DNA of 63,513 nt, filler included, from a bacterium (GTDB taxonomy: Bacteria; JBBIVP01), in NCBI GenBank assembly GCA_037439705.1. It is 3 parts of 3 records of this genome, joined end to end, with 100 filler letters (N's around TTAATTAATTAA, not from the genome) between each part and the next. Parts side by side here need not be neighbours in the genome. Positions count along the whole stretch, not along the records: positions 23,531 to 46,596 come from JBBIVP010000010.1; 2 more parts are not named here. The stretch is one strand, 5' to 3'. Under the pieces are notes generated by a model that did no database searches, was not told the origin of the DNA, and saw only the letters and a list, made by a program, of their open reading frames with translations. Numbering within the stretch: position 1 is the first letter of the stretch; each line of letters begins with the position of its first letter. The position numbers were made by a program, and so were the translations under genes. Below are positions 30,430 to 39,585 of the stretch, one piece after another.

Positions 30430-32128
30430 AATTAAAGACAACGCCCATTGCTTTTGCCTTACAACTCTTGAGCATAGAAATCGTTCTTTTCAAATCCTGT
30501 TTTGTAGTCATACCTGCTCTTACGACAAGAAGAACAAAATCTACAAAGTTCATAATCTCAAGGGGGTGTGAATAAAAAAGTAAAGGCGGTGTATCAATAA
30601 TGATATAATCATAGGATTCTTTTAATTCTTTGTAAAGTCTCTGAAATCCCGTTCTTAAAAGGAGTGATGGACCTATTGGAGGAGAATTTCCCGATGGAAG
30701 AAAATGCAAATTTTTTATCCCTGTTTCAAAAATGGCATCTTTCGTTAAAAGAGTGCCTATCAAACAATCGCACAATCCGTAATTACCTTTTACTCCCAGA
30801 ATCTCTTTAAGTTTCTGCCCCTTAAAATCCATATCAATGAGCAAAACTTTGTTTCCGCCCTTAGCAAGGGAGGAAGAAAATAAAAAACTGACAAATGTCT
30901 TGCCTTCATCTTTTGTCCCGCTTACTACAAGGAATGTCTTCGGGTCAGGAGAGATAAAACCAGCCAGAGTAAGAAGGGAATAAAACCTTTCATACAACGG
31001 ATGGTTATCCTTCAAAATCTCTGAAAAATTTTCAAACTTTATATGTGAAACAGAAAGAAGAACTGGCAGATTGTAATTTTCTTCTATATCTCCTTCCCTT
31101 TCGATAGTCGTATCAATTGATACCAATAGAAAAATTATCATTATCCCGAACATTAAGCCAACAAAAGCTCCGAAGAAAGAAGACCTCAAAGGTCTCGGCT
31201 TTACTGGATGAAGTGGAAGCTTTGCGGATTCCACAAGTTTTATATCCATATCTTTTATATTGCCAAGGGTATCAATCCTCTTCATCTCTCTTAAAAGTGT
31301 ATTGTATACCTCCCTCTCAGCCTCTACATCCCTCTGAAGTATGGAAAACCTTATCGCCCTTTCCCGTTCCTCTATTTCCTTTTTCTTCTCTTCCTCATAG
31401 AGCCTCTCCATTCCCTTCATTTCCTTCTCCTTTGTAATAACCAGCGGGTGTTTATCTCCATATCTTGATCTGAGGAAAATGAGTTCTGTCTTCTTCTCCA
31501 CAAGAAGGCTCTTTATCTTTGAAAGCGAATTGTCATTTTCATTTTCATCTTCTACATCGTTGCTCTTTACAAAGGAAATGAGGCTTTCCTCTAACTTCTT
31601 CAATCTCTCCTTTGTTTCCGTCAACCTGTCTGTAATGGAGATGAGGGTATTGCTTATGTCCATCGTAAATGTGTTTTTCTGAAACTCAAAATAGGCAGAG
31701 ATTATCGCATTCACCATATCCCTTGCTAATTGAGGAGAATTATATTCAGAAGATACCTCTATTATGTATGTTCCTTCAACCATTGAAACGCTTATGTTTT
31801 TCATAAGAAAATCAAGGTCTTCCCCTTCATAGCTCTGTGTAAGCTTTAGTTTTTCTCCTGCTAATTTAAGAACCTGAGATGATTTCATTATCTCAATCTG
31901 TGTCTTTATTACCCTCTCTCCATAGTCTGTTAAAATTACATCGTTTAGAGATTTTATCTCAATTTTTGATGGACCTACATATATTTTTCCAGTTGCTCTG
32001 TAAACAGGCTTAGAGAACTTTGAATAAAGAAAGGCTGAAAATCCAAAAATGACAACAGATAAAACCGGAATGTAAAAATTCTTTTTTATTATCTTCCATA
32101 TCTCTTTTATGTTTATATTCTCTCCCAT
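30383..32128 (-). CDS. wzc: Wzc-like polysaccharide co-polymerase / BY tyrosine kinase
   Basis: Two TMs, YGDKHP, PVKPRP, Walker A-like SGTKDEGKT, IDTPP, Tyr cluster RYYYRYYYSS. Confidence 0.88.
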   Translation of the reverse strand: MGENINIKEIWKIIKKNFYIPVLSVVIFGFSAFLYSKFSKPVYRATGKIYVGPSKIEIKSLNDVILTDYGERVIKTQIEIMKSSQVLKLAGEKLKLTQSYEGEDLDFLMKNISVSMVEGTYIIEVSSEYNSPQLARDMVNAIISAYFEFQKNTFTMDISNTLISITDRLTETKERLKKLEESLISFVKSNDVEDENENDNSLSKIKSLLVEKKTELIFLRSRYGDKHPLVITKEKEMKGMERLYEEEKKKEIEERERAIRFSILQRDVEAEREVYNTLLREMKRIDTLGNIKDMDIKLVESAKLPLHPVKPRPLRSSFFGAFVGLMFGIMIIFLLVSIDTTIEREGDIEENYNLPVLLSVSHIKFENFSEILKDNHPLYERFYSLLTLAGFISPDPKTFLVVSGTKDEGKTFVSFLFSSSLAKGGNKVLLIDMDFKGQKLKEILGVKGNYGLCDCLIGTLLTKDAIFETGIKNLHFLPSGNSPPIGPSLLLRTGFQRLYKELKESYDYIIIDTPPLLFYSHPLEIMNFVDFVLLVVRAGMTTKQDLKRTISMLKSCKAKAMGVVFNYAEEKRYYYRYYYSS

Positions 32129-32958
32129 TAAAATATGCTCCCTGGAATGTAGATTATATCTCCAGACTTTATCTGAATGTTATCCTCAACCTTTCCCTTC
32201 TTTATTACAGCCTCAAGGTCTACTGAAAGAACCTCTTTATTTCCATTTTCATACCTGTATATCCTCACTTTGTTCAATGCAGAAAAATCCGTAGGACCTC
32301 CTGCATTTAGAAGTGCATCAAGAACTTTCAAACCTTCTTTGTATTCATAAGCTCCAGGAGATTTCACCTCCCCAACCACATAAAATGCATTCTGATAGTT
32401 TCCTTCAATGGAGGAAATCGTCGCCTTCTCTTTTCTGCTGACATATATAATATCTCCCGGATTCACATCAATTCCCCCATCGCCACTTTTTATGAGTTCT
32501 GACAAAGAAAAACTGCCCACCCTTTTGAGAGAATTCCCTTCCCTTTTCAAAAGAGAAATAGTATCGCCTGATAATGGAGTTGGTCCACCTGCAATGAGAA
32601 TATAATCAATGATAGTCTTCCCCTTTCTCGGGTCGTAACTTCCCGGATTCCTGACCTCACCGAGAACAAATATGTTTCTCAGAGGAGAAGGGATGATTTC
32701 AACCTTTATCCTCGGTTCAACAATGTATCCGTTCTTCAGATGATTGATAATCAAACTTTCTATCTCGGCAGAGGAAATCCCGCTTACTTTTATTCTTCCA
32801 ACCGGAGGGATGTTCACGCTTCCGTCCTCTTCTACCTCATATCTTCCGCTCATTGATTCTTCTCCATAAACTGTAAGAACAATTGTATCTCCCGGCATTA
32901 CCTTAAAATCACTCTCAGAGGAAATAAAAATTAAAAGAAAAATTGCTACCGCCTTCAT
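32128..32958 (-). CDS. OPX (Wza-like) polysaccharide export protein, short periplasmic type
   Basis: Poly_export domain (PGD...DGSVNIPPVGRIKVSG) plus two SLBB domains (VLGEVRNPG, VVGEVKSPG). Ends at GDIIYIPGSIF with no outer-membrane helix. Confidence 0.88.
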   Translation of the reverse strand: MKAVAIFLLIFISSESDFKVMPGDTIVLTVYGEESMSGRYEVEEDGSVNIPPVGRIKVSGISSAEIESLIINHLKNGYIVEPRIKVEIIPSPLRNIFVLGEVRNPGSYDPRKGKTIIDYILIAGGPTPLSGDTISLLKREGNSLKRVGSFSLSELIKSGDGGIDVNPGDIIYVSRKEKATISSIEGNYQNAFYVVGEVKSPGAYEYKEGLKVLDALLNAGGPTDFSALNKVRIYRYENGNKEVLSVDLEAVIKKGKVEDNIQIKSGDIIYIPGSIF

Positions 32959-33977
32959 TTCCACTCCCATCCCAATCCAATTCTTACATCGCTGAAATTC
33001 ATTCCTTCAAATGGGTGAAAGAATCTATAACTTGAAAAAATCTCAAATGACTTCAAGGTCCATCCCGCATTAAATCCGGTTGATATATAACCCGTTGATT
33101 TACCCTCTTCAAACTTCACCCTGAAAATGTTTCCATCTCCACCGAATCTGATTTTTCTACTTGCTCTCCAGATAAATGAAATTCCTCCTCCTTCTGTCAC
33201 ATATCTATTCGCCTTAAAATCCTCTCCCGCTGTCCTGTATATGCTCCCAGAAATTTCATTTTTATCCATTGTATACTGAACAAAAATTCTTCCCATCAAA
33301 CCCTCTCCTTTTCCCTTACGAAGAAAATTATATCCAACTCTTATTTCTGTTTTCAAGCGAAAAAGGAAACTCCTTATGAAAAGGGAGGGTGAAAATCTCA
33401 TCCAGTCTCCTATACCAAAATACTTTGTCTCAATACACCCTCCCCCTCTGACTTTTTTCGTAATATAACCTTCAATCTCTCCGTTCAAAATTATAAAGGA
33501 ATAATCTATATCTTCATACAGAAACAGATTATATCCTCCCCTTAGAAAGCCGTTAAAAGATAATTTTCTCGTGAGCCTATTTATCACCTTTATTTCAGAA
33601 TATAAGGAATTTCTAAGAACTATCTCAGAAAGAAGTTCGTAAGGTTTTGTTATATCCTTAGAAAGGGTTGTGAGGGAATCTACCATCCTAAAACTTATAT
33701 CTTTAAGGGAGTATTGAAAATTTACATTGGAATCTCCAATGAATCTCATATTACCTGTTATGAAATACCTATAAAAAATTCCATTTCCTGATATTGAAAT
33801 CCCCAATTTTCTTATCCTTTCATATTTGAGATAGGGCTCAAGAAGTATATAAAAATCTCCCCTCTGGTTTTCAAATCTGTAATCCTGATACCCTGTGGAA
33901 ATCCTGCCTCCGAAAATGAAAGGAAGGTTTCTATCCGACGAAGAAAACAAAATTCCAATGATGAAGAGGAAATTCAT
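32955..33977 (-). CDS. Putative outer-membrane beta-barrel protein
   Basis: Alternating hydrophobic/aromatic strands and C-terminal VRIGLGWEWK; coupled to the OPX gene. Confidence 0.7.
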   Translation of the reverse strand: MNFLFIIGILFSSSDRNLPFIFGGRISTGYQDYRFENQRGDFYILLEPYLKYERIRKLGISISGNGIFYRYFITGNMRFIGDSNVNFQYSLKDISFRMVDSLTTLSKDITKPYELLSEIVLRNSLYSEIKVINRLTRKLSFNGFLRGGYNLFLYEDIDYSFIILNGEIEGYITKKVRGGGCIETKYFGIGDWMRFSPSLFIRSFLFRLKTEIRVGYNFLRKGKGEGLMGRIFVQYTMDKNEISGSIYRTAGEDFKANRYVTEGGGISFIWRASRKIRFGGDGNIFRVKFEEGKSTGYISTGFNAGWTLKSFEIFSSYRFFHPFEGMNFSDVRIGLGWEWK

Positions 33978-34960
33978 TTATTTATGAAAACCTCCACCCT
34001 CCTGTTCTTTTCAGGAACTTTTGGGTCAAGAAGTTCAGAGCTTCCCATTCCCTTTACCTTTATTCGCCCCTGTTCAATCTGAAACTCTTTTGACAGCATT
34101 TTTACTACAGAAAGAGCCCTCAAAAGAGAAAGGGTTGGATTCTTTTCATCCTCAGAGGAATGCCCGAGGAGTGTGATGGAGATTTTCGGATTATCATTCA
34201 GAAATTTTCCAAGCACGAGAATAATTTCAATCCCCTCTTCTGGAGCAAAACTGTCTTTTTTGAACTTCAAACCTTCCAGAATCACTTTCTCACCTGCTTT
34301 CAATCTCTCAATGAGCAATTCTTCAGGACTCTTTTTCTCTTCTTTCTTTTGGGGCATCTCCTTGACCGGTTTTTTAACAAGCTTAATTTTCCGCCAGACA
34401 CACGGTGCCTTTTTCAGGTTAAGAAGGGAAATCATTTTTGAAATGGCTCTCTCGGAAGCCTTCTCAACAAGCTCAGAAAAGGAAAAAACAGGAACTCCGT
34501 TATAGAAATCAACATTAACAGAGCTTTCACCTTCAAATAGCTTTTTTCCGTTTATATCAAACAAAACCACTCTAAAAGAAATTTTTGGCTCTTTTGACCA
34601 CCCCCTCTCATTAACGAGAAATTCTGTAACCTCTCCGTGAAGAATTCCGCTTGTTCCCATTAATCTTCCGATGGCAATTGCTGTTCCCCTGTCAATTTCT
34701 GATGGAATAATCACCCCTTTTTCCTGAAGAAATTTTTTTACTTCTTCTGGGGTCATCACGCCCTTCTGAAACTTTTTTATGAACTCCGCTACCCCCTGGC
34801 TCACAAGAAACCCTGCTTCAGGATATCTTGTTTTGTTATTGAATGGGAAAACTGCTATGCAGGGAAGTTTTTTAATTCTCTTATCATCATAAATTTTGGT
34901 TGTAGAAATGATATATGGTGAACATCCAAAAATGATAAGGCAAAAAATAACCCTTTTCAT
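33974..34960 (-). CDS. Lipoprotein with PelC/CsgG-like domain and C-terminal OmpA-like domain
   Basis: MKRVIFCLIIFGC lipobox; IAVFPFNN...AIGRLMG..GILHGEVTEF; LSLLRALSV...KGMGSS...NRRVEV. Confidence 0.7.
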   Translation of the reverse strand: MKRVIFCLIIFGCSPYIISTTKIYDDKRIKKLPCIAVFPFNNKTRYPEAGFLVSQGVAEFIKKFQKGVMTPEEVKKFLQEKGVIIPSEIDRGTAIAIGRLMGTSGILHGEVTEFLVNERGWSKEPKISFRVVLFDINGKKLFEGESSVNVDFYNGVPVFSFSELVEKASERAISKMISLLNLKKAPCVWRKIKLVKKPVKEMPQKKEEKKSPEELLIERLKAGEKVILEGLKFKKDSFAPEEGIEIILVLGKFLNDNPKISITLLGHSSEDEKNPTLSLLRALSVVKMLSKEFQIEQGRIKVKGMGSSELLDPKVPEKNRRVEVFINK

Positions 34961-35985
34961 TCGGCAAATTCGGGAAGAAGAGGGCTCACAGGCTTTCTGT
35001 ATGTAGCAGGAATCTCCGGCCATAGAAGAACTTCTCTCACCGGAAGCAAAGGAATTTCCTTTTCAACCCTCACCTCAAGCCTTCTTATATTCTCCTCCAT
35101 CTCAATTTCTGATACAAATTCTTCTTTTTTCTTTTCAAAAAAACCGATTCTCATAAGAATCTTCATATACTCATCCTCCTCTGCCTTTCTCTTTAAAAGA
35201 TATCCCTTTATTCCCTTCCTTCCGTAGATTTTAAATTCTCCCTCAGCCATTTCGCCTGTCCAGATGATTCCCCTCCCTTCAGGACCTGATAGAAAAGAAT
35301 AACCTCCGCACCTCTCATCCCATACCATTTCGTATTTTCTCTTTCTGCCCGTCTCTATAACAACCGAATAAACCCCTTTTTCTTTAACACTAAAATAAAG
35401 CACTGCCCATTCTCCTTCTGTTTTTGATTCAGCCTCCTCATATTCTGAGATCTGTGGCAGAAGTTCTTCAAGGTTCAAAGCGCGAACGATTGATGATGCC
35501 TTATCACCGAACCTCAATTTTTCACCTTTTATCCATCCCCTCAAAGGAGAAATTGGAACAAAACACCCTGAATCAAAAGATATAAACTCAACAGGGTCTT
35601 TCTTATACGAAGAAATTCTGAGCTCATACTCTCCTTCCGGCAAAAGAAGAACACCTGCTTTTTCTGGAAATTTTTCAGACTTCTTCAAGAGAAAGGATTT
35701 CCCTCCCACTGTCAATACAGAACTCGCCTTTCCCTTTGCTGTAATTATGAACCTTCCTGACGGAAAAAATGCCTTAAAAACATATATGTTTGGCTTTTCT
35801 TCTTTTAAATAAAGCTCTTTGCCTTTTATTAAGAGCCTTTTTTTGCCGCTGAGAATCTCAAAATACTCTTCTGGAGATGGTCTGGAAGACAGCGCTTCAT
35901 CAAAAGCCAGAGCACGAATAAGCCTTTCCGCCCATATTTCGTGGGTAACCTCAGTAAAAATTGCTAAAAAAAGAATAAATTTCAT
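34957..35985 (-). CDS. Hypothetical exported protein with internally repeated helical segment
   Basis: Short signal-like N-terminus; similar segments LIRALAFDEAL and IVRALNLEELL; GAGGGG SD. Confidence 0.65.
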   Translation of the reverse strand: MKFILFLAIFTEVTHEIWAERLIRALAFDEALSSRPSPEEYFEILSGKKRLLIKGKELYLKEEKPNIYVFKAFFPSGRFIITAKGKASSVLTVGGKSFLLKKSEKFPEKAGVLLLPEGEYELRISSYKKDPVEFISFDSGCFVPISPLRGWIKGEKLRFGDKASSIVRALNLEELLPQISEYEEAESKTEGEWAVLYFSVKEKGVYSVVIETGRKRKYEMVWDERCGGYSFLSGPEGRGIIWTGEMAEGEFKIYGRKGIKGYLLKRKAEEDEYMKILMRIGFFEKKKEEFVSEIEMEENIRRLEVRVEKEIPLLPVREVLLWPEIPATYRKPVSPLLPEFAE

Positions 35986-36016
35986 AAACCCCTCTTTCCC
36001 ACAGACCGCTCAGGCA

Positions 36017-36907
36017 TCATCTTCCTCTTGAGAAACGAAATTCCTGATAAGATGAATCACTTCCATCAGAAACCTCTATTTTTATGTACACCTCCCCAGG
36101 AGGAAGAGATTCAATAACCAGAACCCCATCTTCCGTAATAATTGCATTCGGAGGACCCTCTTTTAAACTGAAACTCACAGGATCTCCATCGGGGTCTGTG
36201 GCGGAGATTTTATAAACAAACCTTCCATTTTCCAGACTTGAAGGCGGATTTGATGTGATTATGGGTGGAGAATTGTTCACAACAACCGGATTGGAAAGAT
36301 ATTCCCTCCCCCTTGCCTCTCCATCAAACGGAGACGCTGAAACTACAATGACATCTCCCTTTTTTGTGAAGGATGAAGGAAGTGTATCTCCTTTAACCTC
36401 TGGAACCGGATTATTATTTATGTACCATTTATACTCTACCACCACCTCATCTCCATCAGGGTCATAAATATCAACACTTGCCTTTATATCATCTCTTGTT
36501 CCAGGATTTACCGGAGAAATCCCTATGTCTTTTATCAAAGGGGGTGAATTTATAACCCTAACAGGTTCAACTTCATAAACTTCTCCATCTTCCTTTCCAT
36601 CATTCGGAATCAATCTACAGGAAATCAAATCTCCCTTTCTTAAAGAAGGAAATCTAACCCTCTCTCCTTCCAGTTCCACTGGATTTCCGTTCAACGACCA
36701 CTGGACTTTTACCTCAACAGGGTCTTTATCTCTGTCAAATCCTGAATAGGATATGGAAACCTCATCTTCTACAGAAGGAGCAGGTGGAACAATCCTTGCG
36801 GATGTAATCTGAGGAGGAGTATTTCCCGGAACAGAGACCTCCTTTTTCTCCTTCTTACATCCTGCAAAAAGTATCAAAAAACCAATTATGAGAAAAGTTT
36901 TCTTCAT
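36017..36907 (-). CDS. Lipoprotein with tandem Ig/cadherin-like domains
   Basis: MKKTFLIIGFLILFAGC lipobox; three N[TS]PP-initiated domains with DxDxD motifs (DRDKD, DPDGD, DPDGD). Confidence 0.8.
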   Translation of the reverse strand: MKKTFLIIGFLILFAGCKKEKKEVSVPGNTPPQITSARIVPPAPSVEDEVSISYSGFDRDKDPVEVKVQWSLNGNPVELEGERVRFPSLRKGDLISCRLIPNDGKEDGEVYEVEPVRVINSPPLIKDIGISPVNPGTRDDIKASVDIYDPDGDEVVVEYKWYINNNPVPEVKGDTLPSSFTKKGDVIVVSASPFDGEARGREYLSNPVVVNNSPPIITSNPPSSLENGRFVYKISATDPDGDPVSFSLKEGPPNAIITEDGVLVIESLPPGEVYIKIEVSDGSDSSYQEFRFSRGR

Positions 36908-36915
36908 TTTCGTTA

Positions 36916-36944
36916 ATGGTATAAAAGAAAAATTCAAATTTCAA
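36916..36944 (-). promoter_or_regulatory. Sigma70 promoter of the polysaccharide export operon
   Basis: TTGAAA-17 nt-TACCAT, ending 8 nt before ATG 36907; no SD. Confidence 0.55.
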
Positions 36945-37006
36945 TAATTATTTTGATTTTGTTTTTTCCTTGACTAAAACTTTTTATTAGATTAAAAAAA
37001 CACGCT

Positions 37007-38770
37007 ATGGCAAAACCATACGAAAAATGGATAGAAGAAGTTGAAAGGCTGACAAAGCCTGAAGAAGTAGTATGGTGTTATGGTTCAGAAGAGGAAGCCC
37101 ACAGACTTGTTGAAATAGGAATAAAAGAAGAAAAAATAAACAACTTTCCTGTATTTACGGAATTGAACCAGAGAACCTTTCCAAATTCCTATTATCACAG
37201 AAGCCACCCCTCAGATGTGGCAAGGACTGAGCATCTTACCTATGTTTGCTATCCTGAAAGAGAAACAGCAGGTCCAAACAACAACTGGATGAAACCGGAG
37301 GAAGCAAAAGAAAAACTTCTTCCCCTTTACAGGGACTGCATGAAGGGAAGAAAAATGTATGTGCTTCCCTATATGATGGGACATCCTGAATCAAAATTTG
37401 CAAAGCCCTGCATTCAAATCACGGATAGCGTCTATGTGGCGGTGAGCATGAGAATAATGACGAGAATTGGAAAAAATGTTCTTGAAAGAATTGGAGATTC
37501 CGAAAATTTTGTAAAGGGACTCCATTCAATAGGAGACCTGAATCCTGAAAGAAGGTTTATAATGCACTTCCCTGAGGAAAATCTGGTATGGAGTATAGGC
37601 TCTGGATACGGAGGCAATGCGCTTCTCGGGAAAAAGTGTTTCTCTTTGAGAATTGCCTCTTATTTAGGATTTAAAGAGGGATGGCTTGCCGAACACATGG
37701 CTATTATTGGAATTGAAACGCCAGATGGAAAAATTTATTACATAGCAGTTGCTCTTCCATCAGCTTCAGGAAAAACAAACCTGTGTATGTTAGAACCAAC
37801 GATTCCAGGATACAAGATATGGACTGTGGGAGACGATATAGCCTGGTTGAGAATACGAGAGGATGGAAGGTTGTACGCGATAAATCCTGAAACTGGATTT
37901 TTTGGAGTAGCACCGGGGACATCCATGAAAACAAATCCAAAAATGATGAGAGCATTAAAGGCAGGAAAATTTTATCCTACCCTCTTCACAAATACAGGAA
38001 TAAATCCAGAAACAAAAGAACCGTGGTGGGAAGGAATGGATGAATTGCCTTCCACCCTGATTGACTGGCAGGGGAATCCATGGAAACCTGGTTCGGAAAA
38101 ACCATGTTCACATCCAAATGCAAGATTTACGGTTTCTGTTTACAATCTTGAAAGTCTTTCTCCAGAATTTGAAAATCCAGAGGGAGTTCCCATTTCAGCA
38201 ATAATAATAGGGGGTAGAAGAAGGAATACTGTTCCACTCGTTACAGAAGCCTTTGACTGGGACCACGGCGTATTTCTTGGAGCGAGAATGGGGACAGAAA
38301 CAACTGCTGCTGCTGAAAAAAAGGCAGGGATTGTGAGAAGAGACCCGTTTGCGATGATTCCTTTCTGCGGATATAATATGGGAGATTACTTTCAACACTG
38401 GCTGAATATGGGAAATTCTATGAAGAACCCTCCCAAAATTTTTCTTGTGAACTGGTTTCGCACCGATGAAAATGGTAAATATCTGTGGCCAGGATTCGGA
38501 GAAAACATAAGGGTCCTAAAATGGATTATTGAAAGGGTAGAAGGAAAAGCCGGTGCAAAAGAGACCCCTCTCGGGCTTATGCCGGATTACAAAGACCTTG
38601 ACCTTTCGGGATTGAATTTGAAAAGGGAAGATTTTGAAAAACTAATCCGGATAGACAGGGATGAATGGAAAAAAGAGATAGAGGACATAAAATCCTTCTT
38701 TTCCAAATTTGGGAAAAGAATGCCATCCTTTATATGGAAACACATTGAGAAATTAGAAAAGAGAATCTAA
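37007..38770 (+). CDS. pckG: Phosphoenolpyruvate carboxykinase (GTP)
   Basis: SGYGGNALLGKKC, WLAEHM, PSASGKTN, VGDDIAW, HPNARF, VNWFR. Confidence 0.97.
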   Translation: MAKPYEKWIEEVERLTKPEEVVWCYGSEEEAHRLVEIGIKEEKINNFPVFTELNQRTFPNSYYHRSHPSDVARTEHLTYVCYPERETAGPNNNWMKPEEAKEKLLPLYRDCMKGRKMYVLPYMMGHPESKFAKPCIQITDSVYVAVSMRIMTRIGKNVLERIGDSENFVKGLHSIGDLNPERRFIMHFPEENLVWSIGSGYGGNALLGKKCFSLRIASYLGFKEGWLAEHMAIIGIETPDGKIYYIAVALPSASGKTNLCMLEPTIPGYKIWTVGDDIAWLRIREDGRLYAINPETGFFGVAPGTSMKTNPKMMRALKAGKFYPTLFTNTGINPETKEPWWEGMDELPSTLIDWQGNPWKPGSEKPCSHPNARFTVSVYNLESLSPEFENPEGVPISAIIIGGRRRNTVPLVTEAFDWDHGVFLGARMGTETTAAAEKKAGIVRRDPFAMIPFCGYNMGDYFQHWLNMGNSMKNPPKIFLVNWFRTDENGKYLWPGFGENIRVLKWIIERVEGKAGAKETPLGLMPDYKDLDLSGLNLKREDFEKLIRIDRDEWKKEIEDIKSFFSKFGKRMPSFIWKHIEKLEKRI

Positions 38771-38772
38771 CA

Positions 38773-39561
38773 TTATTTCTTCTTCTCTTTTTCCTTACTT
38801 GCTTCCCAAAGCTCTGAAAGTTCGTCAATCTTCATCTCGGTAATATCCTTTCCTTCTTTTAAAGACATTTCCTCCATTTCCATCCATCTTTTTATAAATC
38901 TTTTGTTTGCCTTTCTCAAAGCATCCTCGGCGTTCAGGTTTAAAAATCTTCCAAGATTAACAACTGCAAAAAGGAGGTCTCCTATCTCGTTTTCAATATC
39001 TTCATGATTTCCAGATTTTATAGCGCTTTTTACCTCTTCCAGTTCCTCAAAAATTTTCTCGTAAACCTCCTCCCATCGGTTCCAGTCAAACCCAACTCTT
39101 GACACCTTTTCCTGAATCCTCTTTGCTCTGTATAACTGAGGAAGATATTTAGGAATTCCATCAAGAACGCTCCTTCTTCCCTTTTCTTTCCTCTTTATCT
39201 CTGCCCAGTTCCTCAAAACTTCCTTTGTATCCTTCACCTCAAGGTTTCCAAACACATGAGGATGCCTTTTTATGAGCTTTTTATTTATCGCCTCTATAAC
39301 CTCGTAAATCGTAAACTTTTTCTCTTCTTTCGCTATTTGTGACAAAAAAACAACCTGTAAAAGAAGGTCTCCGAGTTCTTCTTTCAGTTTCTCGGAATCT
39401 TTCCCATCAATTGCCTCAACCACCTCATAAGCCTCTTCAATTATATTCCCTCTCATGCTTTCCATTGTTTGCTCTCTATCCCAGGGACAGCCCCTTTCAG
39501 ATCTGAGGGTTTCAACGGTCTTCAAAAACTCTTTAAAAAGCCTTTCCTCTTTAAATTTCAT
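38773..39561 (-). CDS. mazG: Nucleoside triphosphate pyrophosphohydrolase MazG
   Basis: GCPWDREQT, EELGDLL, RHPHVF, EIGDLLF. Confidence 0.96.
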   Translation of the reverse strand: MKFKEERLFKEFLKTVETLRSERGCPWDREQTMESMRGNIIEEAYEVVEAIDGKDSEKLKEELGDLLLQVVFLSQIAKEEKKFTIYEVIEAINKKLIKRHPHVFGNLEVKDTKEVLRNWAEIKRKEKGRRSVLDGIPKYLPQLYRAKRIQEKVSRVGFDWNRWEEVYEKIFEELEEVKSAIKSGNHEDIENEIGDLLFAVVNLGRFLNLNAEDALRKANKRFIKRWMEMEEMSLKEGKDITEMKIDELSELWEASKEKEKKK

Positions 39562-39585
39562 CTTTTTATGATATCATTACTATAA
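39562..39585. promoter_or_regulatory. Bidirectional extended -10 promoter (palindrome ATGATATCAT)
   Basis: The palindrome at 39568-39577 reads TG-A-TATCAT on both strands, 6 nt from the mazG ATG and 8 nt from the TPR gene ATG. Confidence 0.6.
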
